A stretch of 63,017 bases of DNA, filler included, from Klebsormidium nitens (Eukaryota > Plantae > Klebsormidiophyceae), in NCBI GenBank assembly GCA_000708835.1. It is 8 parts of 8 records of this genome, joined end to end, with 100 filler letters (N's around TTAATTAATTAA, not from the genome) between each part and the next. Parts side by side here need not be neighbours in the genome. Positions count along the whole stretch, not along the records: positions 25,560 to 54,717 come from DF237790.1; positions 54,818 to 57,819 come from DF238260.1; positions 57,920 to 59,350 come from DF238618.1; 5 more parts are not named here. One strand, given 5' to 3'. Shown here in pieces: positions 48,567-59,025 of this stretch. Position numbers and translations under genes: made by a program. Numbering within the stretch: the first letter of the stretch is position 1; the number at the start of each line of letters is the position of its first letter. A model generated the notes under the pieces. It saw nothing but the letters and a program-made list of their open reading frames with translations, ran no database searches and had not been told where the DNA came from.

Positions 48567-48869
48567 CAGGACGCGGGGGGGGCTGGGCCAGGGAGCGAGG
48601 AGGACACAGGGGACGGGCCCAGCTCCCCAACTGGTGGGAAGGAGGGTGGGGGGACCCTCAGGCAGGAGCGGATGAGACGGTGGAGGGGGAAAAGATGGCC
48701 GCGGGGGCCGGTGCTGGACGTGGCAGCAGAGGCGGAGAGGGCGGTCTGGCAGGCAGTGGGGGAGAAGCGCAAGAAACCAGGGGATCCAAAACAGGTCCCC
48801 TTGCCGCAGCTGGAGGGGTGCAGGCCAATCAACTGGAACGTCGCCGCCCCACTCCCAGCAGACAGGCCC

Positions 48870-49810
48870 CTCCGAATCTTAGAGCTGTTCGCCGGGGCTG
48901 GCGCTGCTACGCAAGCTGTAGCGCGGCTGGGGTATTCTGTTGGGGAAGTCATCGCGTGCGAAAGGAGGGGAGCAGCACGGCAGGCCCACTCCAGGGCGCT
49001 GCAGCGCCTCGCGAAGGAGTTCCCAAACCAGGTCAGCCAGCGGGCGGGGGCGCAGCTTCACCATCGCCTTCCACAAGACGTGCAGCTGGTGACGGCGGCG
49101 CACCCTGGGGCCCATCGACCTGGTGGTCGCGGGTTGGCCATGCCAGCGCGGCAGGTGGCGGGGGTGGTTTGGACGACGCCAAGTCAGGACTGTTCGTCGA
49201 GCTCCTGCGAGTCCTGGGTATACTGCAAGGGCTGCACAGGAAATGGGGACGAAGCCTCGGGTACGTGGTTGAACACGTGGCAGCGGGGTTCGACCGCAGG
49301 CCAAAGGTGCGGGATCACTACGCAGCTGTGCGGGGGCTGTTAGGCCCAGAGCTAGTGTTTGACGCCGCGCAGGTCGGGTCCCGGGCGCATCGGCTTCGTG
49401 CCTGGTGGACTAACCTGGAGGGGATGGCGCTTCAGCGCGCCGCCCTCAGTGTGCAAAAACGCCCAGAGGGGCTGTTCGTGCAACAGATTCTAGGGGCAGG
49501 AAAGCAGGCAAAGCCGCCCAGAACGCCTGGTGTTGCACCTTGGGCCTGCGTGGAAAGACCTGGGGAGCCGCGGCGGGCCCTCAACATGTTCGTCAGCTAC
49601 GGGGGGTCCTACGCGTTTTCAAGAGGGGGGAGCGGCGTGCTGAGATGTGTTGACCAGACGGGCAGGGTATCCTGGGAAGAGCCGACGGCGGAGGAGCGTG
49701 AGCTGTCTATGGGGTACCCGCGCGGGTTTACAGAGGTGGAAGGACTCAGCGAGCAGACGCGCAGAGAGCTCCTTGGGCAGGCGATGGACTTGAACGCTCT
49801 GATGTGGCTG
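48870..49810 (+). pseudogene. C5 cytosine DNA methyltransferase domain (DNMT3-like motif set), split over three frames
   Basis: Motif I LRILELFAGAG (48870); II ACE; IV IDLVVAGWPCQ (49114-49146, third frame); GLDDAKSGLFVELLR; VI YVVEHV; VIII DAAQVGSRAHRLRAWWTNL; IX EERELSMGYPRGFT; X RRELLGQAMD. Confidence 0.9.
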
Positions 49811-50339
49811 CTCGCAGCCTGCCGAGAAGGTGGGCGCTGTCGAATTAGAGCGGCCAGCTCCCAGCTGGGAGGGGTAGGGATCAGCGGTACGGCAGCCACG
49901 GGCAGCAGGGAGCCGGCGACGGTGGGAGGAGGTATCCCAGCAGGCAACGGCCCAACGCGCAAGGCGGCGGTTGGAGGTAGTATCCCAGTGGGCGCGGCAG
50001 GTGTGCGCGCAGCTGGTGGACTGGACAGCCCCCCGGTGCGGAGTGGGAGCACGGACGGGGGGCCAGCAGGCAGTGTCCCAGCGCGCGAGGCGGCGGCTGG
50101 AGGTGGCGCCCCAGCAGGCGCGGCATGTGAGCGGTCAGCTGGAGGACCAAATAGTCCCTCGGCGCAGGCCAGGAGCACGGGCGGGGGGCCGGCGGGCGGT
50201 AGCCCAGCGCGCAAGGCGGCGACTGGAGGCAGGGCCTCGGCGGGTACGGCAGGTGCGGGCCCAGCTGGAGGGGAGGACGTGAGGGTCGGAGCGGCGACGG
50301 TGGGCGGCGTGAAAGCAGAGGGGGCAGCGGACGGATGGC

Positions 50340-52534
50340 TGGTTGGTGCGCAGCTGGAGGAGGCTGAGAAGCAGCGGGTGGCGGCGGTTGTAGAGAAAAA
50401 CAGGGACGTCTTTGCGTTCTCGCTCGAGGAGATAGGGGAGTTCAAGCTCTTTGAGGTGCAGCTTGATCTAAAGACGGACCAGCCAATCTACGAGCGCCGC
50501 CGGAAGCACAGTCAGCGGGAATGGGAGTTGGTGGACGAGAGGTGCGCGGAGCTGGAGAGGGCGGGCATCATCGAGGAGTGCGACTCCGATTTCGCAGCCA
50601 ACTCTGTCATGGCGGCCAAGAAGGATCCTGAGGGCAACTGGAAGCTGGCCCGTTTCTGCACGGACCTGCGAAGGGTGAATGAGCAGACTGCCCAGGACCG
50701 CTATCCCATGCCCCTGCCGGAGGAGGTGCTGGAGGGGCTGGGACACGCCAAGTTCTACTCCACCATCGACATAAGGGGGGCGTTCCACCAACTGGTGGTG
50801 CGGAAGGAGGACCGCAGAAAGCTGGCGTTCTGGTCTAGCAATAAGCTGTACTGCTGGAAGCGCTGCCCCTTTGGTGCGCGGAACGCCAGCGCCTGGTTCC
50901 AGCGGGCGATCGACCGGGCGCTGAGGGGATGCGAGGCTCTTGCGCGCAGCTTCGTTGATGACCTGCTCGTGGCGGGGGGGGAGACTGCGGAGGAACACAT
51001 GCTGCTGGTTCAGCAGGTGTTCGACCGGCTGCGGGAGGTGGGGCTGAAGTGCCACCCAGAGAAGTGTTGTTTTGCTGCGGAGTCGGTGGAGTACTTGGGG
51101 ATGTGGCTGCGGCCTGGCGTCGTCTCCCCCCATGTGGCGAAGGTGGCGGCGATTGCGGCCCTGCCCAGACCCACGGACGTGACTTCGGTGAAGGCGTTCT
51201 CGGGGGTGGTGAATTACTACAGGCAGTTCATCCCCGACTGCAGCAGGCTCCAGGCGCCTCTGAATGAGCTAACCAAGAAGGGGGCGCTGTGGCGCTGGGG
51301 CCAGGCACAGGAGGATGCCTTCCTCGCGCTGAAGGAGGCGCTGCAGGAGGACCCGGTCCTGGTGCTGCCCAAGAGAGGCAGGCCCTTCAAGGTGCGGTGC
51401 GACTGGAGCAAGCGGGGCGTCGGCGGGGTGCTGCTGCAAGAGGACGAGAGCGGGGCGGAGAGGGTGGTGGCATACGGCAGCAGGAGTTGCAATCAGGCGG
51501 AGTCCCGCTACAGCAGCTTTGAAGGGGAGCTGCTTGCGGCGATGTACTTCGTGCGCCTGTGGCGGCAGTACCTCTGGGGGGAGCGCTTTGTGCTGGAGAG
51601 CGATCACCAGCCCCTGAAGTGGATCCTGACGAACACCAAACTCACGGGGAAGATGGCCAGGTGGGCATTGATGCTAAGTGAGTTTGACTTCGAGGTTGTC
51701 CACAGGCCTGGAGTGGACAACGAGATGGATTGTCTGAGCCGTTACCCGCAGGCGGGGCAAGAGGACTGCGCAGGGGTCAGGCAGGAGGGTGACCTGGAGG
51801 AGAACCCACCCCTTGTGTGGCCGGCGGCGATTTGTCTCGCCTGGCAGCCAGCGCAGACGGAGCCGGGGCGGTCAGAGAGCGGTCCTGTGGAGAGGACAGC
51901 GCCGCTGGCGGACGTGTGGGCGGACGCGGCGTTGCTGGCGCTGCTAAGGGGAGGGGGGTACCCTGCTGGCGCGGACAGGCGGAAGCGCGACAGGCTGCAG
52001 CACAGGGCGCGGGGCTATGAGTGGCGGGGCACCCACTTGGTCAGGCAGGCGGCGGGCAGCGTTTGGGTGGTGCCCAGGGCAGAAGTGCGGGACAGGCTGG
52101 TGCGGGACGTGCACGAGCGGGCGGGCCACGTGGGGGTCAAGAAGACCCATTCCCTGCTCCGGCCGCACTACTGGTGGGTGGGGCTGCTGACGGACGTTTC
52201 CCGGGTGGTGCGCGGGTGCGAGGCCTGCGACAGGGTGAGGGCCACTTTCAACGTGAAACACCCGACGCTGCACCCCCTCCCCATCAAAGGCCTCTTCTAC
52301 CGTTGGGGGCTTGACTTCGCGGGACCGCTCCCCCGGTCAGCCCAGGGCAACCAGTACGTGCTCGTGATGGTTGAGCACTTCAGCAAGACGATCGTCCTGG
52401 TCCCCACTGTGGACAAGGAGCCCAGCACTGTGGCGGCGGTGTTCACTCGGGAGGTGCTCACCAGGTTTGGGGCGTGCGCGGAGGTGGTGACGGACAGGGG
52501 GGGGAGTTTGCAGCGGAGTTCCAGGAGTGCCTAG
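50340..52534 (+). CDS. pol: Gypsy RT - RNase H - integrase N-half (3' part of ORF 48398-52534)
   Basis: RFCTDLRRVN, DIRGAFHQL, CPFGARNA, FVDD (50951), FKVRCDWS..GVGGVL, EGELLA, SDHQPL, ARWALMLSEFDFEVVHRPG, HERAGH..CEAC, GLDFAG, VTDRG. Confidence 0.95.
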
Positions 52535-53382
52535 ACGCGGCGCTCACTGACCACCGCCCCACATCAGCCCACCACCCCCAGGCCAATGGGCTCAGCGAGC
52601 GGATCGTGCAGGTGGTCAAGCGCTCGCTCCGCAAGTGGTGTCTGGGGCACGTAGCGGAGCAGTGGGACCTCTACCTCCCCTGGGTGTCGATGGGGTACAA
52701 CTTCAGCGCCCAGTCCTCGCTCGCAGGGTTTTCCCCTTATCATCAGCTGCACGGCCGGGAGCCGGTGATGCCAGGCGCGCTCAAGGTGGCAGTGACGGAG
52801 CCCCTGGACCTGGATCAGCCGGAGCGGCTGACTGCGCTGGTGGCGCAGCGGGCAGAGCAGTTCCGGCGGTGGATGCCCATGGCGATGGGCAACCTGCAGA
52901 TCGCGCAGCACAGAGACACGCTGCGGTACGCGCACACGCGCAGCGGTGCCTGGAAGCCCAAGGCGGTGCAGCACGCAGTCGGAGACTACGTCTACCTGCA
53001 GCGCGAGATGCTGGACACGCTGGACACGAGGGCGGGGCGGCGGATCCTGCGCGTGAAGGCGGTGGGGAGGGACGGGGTGCTGGAGCTGGAGGGGTCGGAT
53101 GCACGGACTGTGCGCGTGCACACGGAGCGCTGCGCCCCATGTCACCGAACAGACATCGAGGGTCAGATGGACCCGAGGCTGGCGAGGCCTGCAAAGGACT
53201 TCGCGTGCACGCGGTGCCGCAGGGCAGACGGGGAGGCGCGGATGCTGTTGTGCGACGGGTGCGGGGCGGGGTGGCACACGGACTGTCTGGCTCAGCCGCT
53301 GGCGGCGGTGCCCGAGGGTGACTGGTACTGCCCGCGGTGCAGGGCATCCCAGGCGTTGCAGGTGACCGATCCCAGCCATTGA
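52500..53382 (+). CDS. Integrase C-half plus PHD finger (53206-53340); joined to pol by a shift in a G homopolymer
   Basis: One extra G restores DRGGEF. HHPQANGLSER follows. PHD C4HC3: CTRC..LLCDGC..WHTDCL..PL..VPEGDWYCPRC. Confidence 0.9.
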
Positions 53383-53662
53383 GAGTGGGCCCCGCGCAGG
53401 CGAGGGGCCCAGGAGGGGATGATAGCGTTGGGATCGACACGTAGGTGGTCAAGCCATGCCGAGACATTTTTATGTCGAGATGCATAGGCGCGACATTATC
53501 TCGAACAAAACTCCTTCTCCGAGTCGCGCTGCTTGTGCCATATCCAAATGTAGCAATGAGTAATGCCGCGAGCATCAAATACATATTACGATTCTGTTTG
53601 GTAACTTTGTAGATTCTGCGCCTCCCCCCGAGTTCTTCAATGTCAAGATCGACGTCTCCGCG

Positions 53663-54717
53663 ATGCTAGCCGCTAATGCAGCGGCTCTGGACGGCAGCTC
53701 AGCATATTGCCAGCTATACAGCGCATGGCGGCAGGCGTGGCAGGGAGAGCTAACCCCGGATGGCCGAGTGGCCATCGGCGTTATGGTCGACTTTTTGGAA
53801 GGCCCGCGGCGAAAGGCCATCCGCTCAGGTACCTTTCAACGTATGCTCATTGGATGCAAGTGTCTGCAACGTTGGAAGATGGCGTTCTACCGGTCCACGC
53901 ATCAGCCAACACTCAAAGTCTTCAAACTGTTTTGAAAGCATTGGCGTGATGGTTGTATTCTGCAGCACCTCGTTCTCCTGAATTGCAGCGTTCTCAACAT
54001 GACAAGAAGATTGACGTTTCATGCAATCTTGCGCGTACTTTAGCCAAAGCGGGGCATATCAAATTTCGACTCTTTAGCTCGTTTCTTTGAAATGATGCGT
54101 GCGGGTTCACGACTCTGATATCTGCGTTTACTTCCTTGCAGCAGCTGGAGGTGAGGACGACGGGGACAGGTGGAGGCTTCGGCCGAGAAACATCCACGAG
54201 CTGTTCTCGAAGGGGACGGCGAAACGGGGGCAGGGGGTTTTGATGGAGGCGCCAGCGGATTCGAGATGGAGAGCGGGGCGGGAGGGGCGGACTGCGTCCC
54301 TCGAAGACGCAACTCTGTACGTCCTCCACGTCCGGATGGAACAAGAGGAGTGGGTCTCTCCACCCTTGCACGTCATCGACTGGAAGTCGCAGAGAAGCAG
54401 TGGTCCGAGGAGGGGCTCATTGAAACGGCGCAGCAAGAGATGGAGGTAGACACGGTGGTAGCCATGCTCACAAAGCTCTCGGTGTTTGTGTTAGAGGGGT
54501 TAGGGCCGTACTATTCGGCAACGCAGCTGAAATACGCCACCGGCACCAACTCCCACGTTCTAACACTGTACCGCTTCATCCGGTATGCAAAGCGGCTGGG
54601 CGGAAGGGACCAGGAGAAAGTGGAGCTGGAGTTTGATGGGTTCGAGCAGAAGGGAGGTCTTCCGTTGGCGGGAAGGCCGACGGGCGCGCGGCCGAACCCC
54701 AACCCGATTGGGTACGA
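53663..54717 (+). other. Possible exons of an unidentified gene (53663-~53829, ~54141-54717), truncated at spacer
   Basis: GC-rich, protein-like frames bounded by plausible GT (53829) and AG (54140) sites. No family recognised. Confidence 0.25.
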
Positions 54718-54817
54718 NNNNNNNNNNNNNNNNNNNNNNNNNNNNNNNNNNNNNNNNNNNNTTAATTAATTAANNNNNNNNNNNNNNNNNNNNNNNNNNN
54801 NNNNNNNNNNNNNNNNN

Positions 54818-57800
54818 GTGAAAGTGCGACACCTCGCGGCAGAAGTGCGACACTTCGTTGCACTCGTTGCCGAGTCCTGGAAAGTGCGACACCTCGTCAC
54901 AGATTTTTGCTGGCCCTTCTTCAAGGGCCCAAAAGTGCAACACCTAGTTGCACTTTTCGCAGAGTCCCTGAAAGTGCGACACCTCGTCGCTGAAGTGCGA
55001 CACTTAATTGCACTCGTTGCCGAGTCCCGGAAAGTGCAACACCTCGTCGCAGATTTAAGTTGCTGACCCTTTTTCAAGGGCCCAATAGTTCAACATCTAG
55101 CTGCACTCGTTGCCGGGTCCTAGAAAGTGCGACACCTTGTTCCACTTTTTGCAGCGGCCCTGAAGGTGCGACACCTCGTTGCATTTTTTGCAGAGTCCTT
55201 AAAAGTGCGACACCTGGTTGCAGTTCTAAGTGCAACATCCAGTTGCACTTTTTCCAGAGTCCCTAAAAGTGTGATATCTCGTTGCAGAAGTGCGACACCT
55301 AGTTGCACTTTTTGCAGAGTCCCTGAAAGTGCGACACCTCGTCGCAGATGTTTGCTAAAAATCTGCAAACATTTTCTCAACATTTTCTCGACACTTGTGC
55401 AACGAGGTGTCGCACTTCAAAGACCCGGCAACGAGTGCAACTAGGAGTCGCACTTTTGGGCCCTTGAAGAAGGGCCAGCAAACATCTTTCGGCGCGGTGT
55501 CGCACTTTCAGTGACTCTGCAATAAATGCAACTAGATGTCGCACTTTTGGGCCCTTGAGGAGAGGCCAGCACAAATCTGCGACGAAGGTGTCGCACTTTC
55601 CAGGACTCGGCAACGAGTGCAACTGGGTGTCGCACTTCTGCAACAAGGTGTCGCACTTTCAAGGACTCTGCAAAAAGTGCAACGAGGTGTCGCACTTCTG
55701 CAACGAGGTGTTGCACTTTTAAGGACCCTGCAAAAAGTGCAACTAGGTGTCGCACTTTTGGGCCCTTGAAGAAGGGCCACCAAATATCTGCAACGAGGTG
55801 TCACACTTTCAGGGACTTTGCAAAAAGTGCAACTTTTGTAAGTGTTGCGCTTCGCGGCAACGAGGTGTTGCACTTTCAGGTCCAACACTGCTACAAGTGC
55901 AACAAGGTGTCGCACTTTTGGGCCCTTGAAGAAAGGCCAGCAGACATTTGCGATGAAGTGTTGCACTTTCGGAGACTCTGCAAAACGTGCAACGAGGTGT
56001 CACACTTTCAGGGACCTGGCAAAAAGTGCAACCAGGTGTCGCACTTTTGGGCCGTTGAAAACAGGCCAGCAAACATCTGCAACGAGGTGTTGCACTTTCA
56101 GGGACTCCGCAAAAAGTGCAACGAAATGTTGCACTTTCAGGGAATCTGCAAAAAGGGACAGCAAATATCTGCGAAAAGATGTTGCACTTTTAGGGACGCT
56201 GCAAAACGCGCGACGAGGTGTCGCAGTTTCTACCTGACCCGGCAACGAGTGCAGCTAGGTGTCGCACTTCTGGGTCCTTGAAGAAGGGCTAGCAAATATC
56301 TGCGACGAGGTGTCAAAAAGTGCACTGATTAGAGGTTTTTGGTGTCTAAACCCGACGGGAACTTAGTAGCCTAGGCTAGGTAGGCTTGCCAAACCCCCCG
56401 CAAATTTCAAATCGATACTGCCACTGAGCTAGGATCCTAGCTGAAACTCGCCGCAGCCCGTACGATCGAAATTTGACTCTCGCGATCGACCGAAACCGTC
56501 CGTACTGTGAGTCAAATTTTAAATTTAATCACGCGCGACGGTTGCGAGGGCTGAACCACTGGTCACTAGTCTAGTAGCCTAGGCTCACTAGGCTAGTGGG
56601 TCAGGGGTCGTATTCCGGCCGGGTTTTGACTCCAAAACTCCTCTAATCAGTGTGACCAGGTGTCGCACTTCTGCGGAACGAGGTGTTGCACTTTCAAGAA
56701 CTCTGCAAAAAGTGCAACTAAACGGTCGCACTTTTGGGCCCTCCAAGAAGGGCAAGGAACTTAAATCTGCGACGAGGTGTCGCACTTTCTAGGATTCGGC
56801 AACGAGTGCAACTAGGTGCAGTGTCGCACTTCTGCAACGAGGTGTCGCACTTTCAGGTCCAACTCTGCAACAAGTGCACCAAGGTGTCGCACTTTTGGGC
56901 CCTTGAAGAAGGGCCAGCAAACATCTGTGAGGAGGTGTCGCACTTTCAAGGACTCTGCAAAACGTGCAACGAGGGGTCGCACTTTTAGGGACCCGGCAAC
57001 GAGTGCAGCTAGGTGGCGCACTTTTGGGCCGTTGAAGACAGGCGCCAGCAAACATCTGCGACGGGGTGTCGCACTTTTAGGGACTCCGCAAAAGTGCAAC
57101 GAGGTGTCGCACAAGTTCCAAAACCCGGCAACGGGTGCAACTAGGTATCGCACTTCTGCAACGAGGTGGACCGCACTTTTAGGGACTCTGCAAAAAGTGC
57201 AACGAGGTGTCGCACTCTCAGGGACTCTGCAAAACATGGAACAAGGTGTCGCATTTTCTAGAACCCGGCAACGATTGCAGCTAGATGTTGCACTTTTGGG
57301 GCCTTGAAAAAGGGCCAGCAACTTAAATCTGCGACAGGTGTTGTACATTCCACGACCCGGCAACGAGTGCAACTAGGTGTCGCACTTCTGCAACGAGGTG
57401 TCGCACTTTCAGGGACTGTGCGAAAAGTGCAACAGGTTGTCGCACCGCAAAAAGTGCAACTGGTCTGCATCGGAGGTGTTGCACTTTCAAGGACTCTGCG
57501 AAAAGTGCAATTCGATGTTGCACTTTCAGGGACTCTACAAAAAGTACAACAAGGTATCGCACTTTTGGGCCCTTGAAGAAGGCCCAGCAAATATCTACAA
57601 CAAGGTGTCGCACTTTCAAGGACTCTGCAAAACGTGCAACGAGGTCTCGCACTTTCAGGGACTCGGCAACGAGTGCAACTAGGAGTCGCACTTTTGGGCC
57701 CTTGAAGAAGGGCCAGCAAACATCTTCCGCGAGGTGTCGCACTTTCAGGGACTCGGCAAAGAGTGCAACTAGGTGTCGCACTTTTAGGCCCTTGAAGAGG

Positions 57801-57819
57801 GGCCATCACAAATCTGCAA
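54818..57819. repeat. Complex satellite built on the dyad AAAGTGC(A/G)AC-N5-GT(C/T)GCACTTT, orientation flip near 55390
   Basis: Dozens of copies with a few recurring spacer types (CAAGGACTCTGC; TGGGCCCTTGAAGAAGGGCCAGCAAACATCTGC). It reads GCGACACCTCGTTGC before ~55385 and GCAACGAGGTGTCGC after. Confidence 0.95.
56323..56652. mobile_element. 330-bp CACTG-ended MITE (CACTA/CMC-like) inserted in the satellite
   Basis: TIR CACTGATTAGAGG (13 bp perfect, ~40 bp imperfect). It interrupts a satellite unit; flanked by TG on both sides. Confidence 0.75.
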
Positions 57820-58136
57820 NNNNNNNNNNNNNNNNNNNNNNNNNNNNNNNNNNNNNNNNNNNNTTAATTAATTAANNNNNNNNNNNNNNNNNNNNNNNNN
57901 NNNNNNNNNNNNNNNNNNNAAAGAAGGAAAGGATGTGAGAACCAACAAATAGTCAACCAGACAACAGCATGTATCGGTCACTGAAAAATGGAAAGCATGC
58001 ACGAGGAACAAGCCTTTGATATGAAAGGCGAGGAGGTTCACCCGAACCAAGGAATACAAGATTCCTCTCTGGTTTATACAACCGGGCAGTCCACAGACTG
58101 AGAGCGCGCATGCGCAATGTTCCTTACAGCAAAATG

Positions 58137-58514
58137 TCAATGTCCTGCATTAACTCTTCCTGCTTGCAAAACTGCTGCTGCCTTGTTAGAACACTCTGCA
58201 TTCAAATGACCGTACTGGTGACAAGAGAAGCAAGGACCTCGCAGACCGCCACCCTGACCAGACTGCTGAAAGCCTCCCTGACCAAACTGCTGCTGATAGC
58301 CACCAAAACCCTTGGAGAAACCTCCCTTCTTGCCATTCCTGAACTGCCGGAAACCGAAGGAGTTCTTCTTCTTCTTGCCAGCCTTCTCCTTGGACTCTGC
58401 CTTGACCTCCTTCACATCATGAGGAAGCTCGAGATGGAAGTCATGCTCGTCCATCTTCTTAGCAACATCCCATGTTTCAGCTTCAGCCACTTCATAGAAG
58501 CGCATGCGGCGCAA
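58137..58514 (-). CDS. Fragment with Gly/Gln-rich tract and CCHC zinc knuckle (Gag-like or RNA-binding)
   Basis: GGFSKGFGGYQQQFGQGG..CFSCHQYGHLNAEC. True start not identified. Confidence 0.55.
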   Translation of the reverse strand: MRRMRFYEVAEAETWDVAKKMDEHDFHLELPHDVKEVKAESKEKAGKKKKNSFGFRQFRNGKKGGFSKGFGGYQQQFGQGGFQQSGQGGGLRGPCFSCHQYGHLNAECSNKAAAVLQAGRVNAGH

Positions 58515-58902
58515 ATTGCAAATTTGAAGCGGTTCGCGCCAAGAGAACCGCGATTCTCATCGCGCTGCGCGCGCTGAGAATCTACAATTTTTCACAGCAG
58601 TGCTGCCTGCAAGTTGTACGGTAATGAAGGTCAGCCAAGCTGCGGTTAAGCATTCCCAGATCTCCACAAGGATGGCGATAGTCAGCGCGATCCACATATA
58701 ACACAGGGTTACGACCTGATCGAGGCTGTTTAAAAATCCACTTCATTCCAGTAGCTCTGCATTCATCAGAATCAATGCTACAATGCTGCAGTGCGTTGCA
58801 ATTTGCAGCAACCCAAGTGAGACGTATTCGAGGAAGAGCGTTCATCGTTCCTAATAGGGATAGCAAGCAAGCCTGGCCAGCTTCTGAATCTGCCGCTACA
58901 CA

Positions 58903-59025
58903 ATGACGGCTGCCACTCATGGCGCCGATGTGTGGGCCGCTCTGGCTTCGGTGCGGGCTAAGAACCCGCTAGTCCAATGCATTACAAACTATGTAAGCAT
59001 GGACTTGATGGCCAACACACTGCTG
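58903..59025 (+). CDS. thiM: Hydroxyethylthiazole kinase, first exon only
   Basis: VWAALASVRAKNPLVQCITNYVSMDLMANTLL then GTGAGT donor; matches the ThiM N-terminal PLVQCITNxVSMD motif. The remainder is not seen before the spacer. Confidence 0.8.

Larger units (their letters stand above)
44097..53382 (+). mobile_element. Ty3/Gypsy retrotransposon polyprotein with C5 DNA methyltransferase and PHD finger; LTRs not found
   Basis: Domain order: ORF1 - Gag/CCHC - protease - DNMT - RT - RNase H - integrase - PHD. Interrupted by TGA at 45204 and 48564 and by frameshifts at ~49103, ~49146 and ~52500. Confidence 0.93.

Noticed and set aside
45795-53584. Long antisense and alternate-frame ORFs over the Gypsy element
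   Set aside because: Expected shadows of GC-rich coding sequence; no independent motifs.
54818-57819. CRISPR-like look (palindromic repeat with spacers)
   Set aside because: The spacers are themselves repeated and of variable length, there are no cas genes, and the context is eukaryotic.
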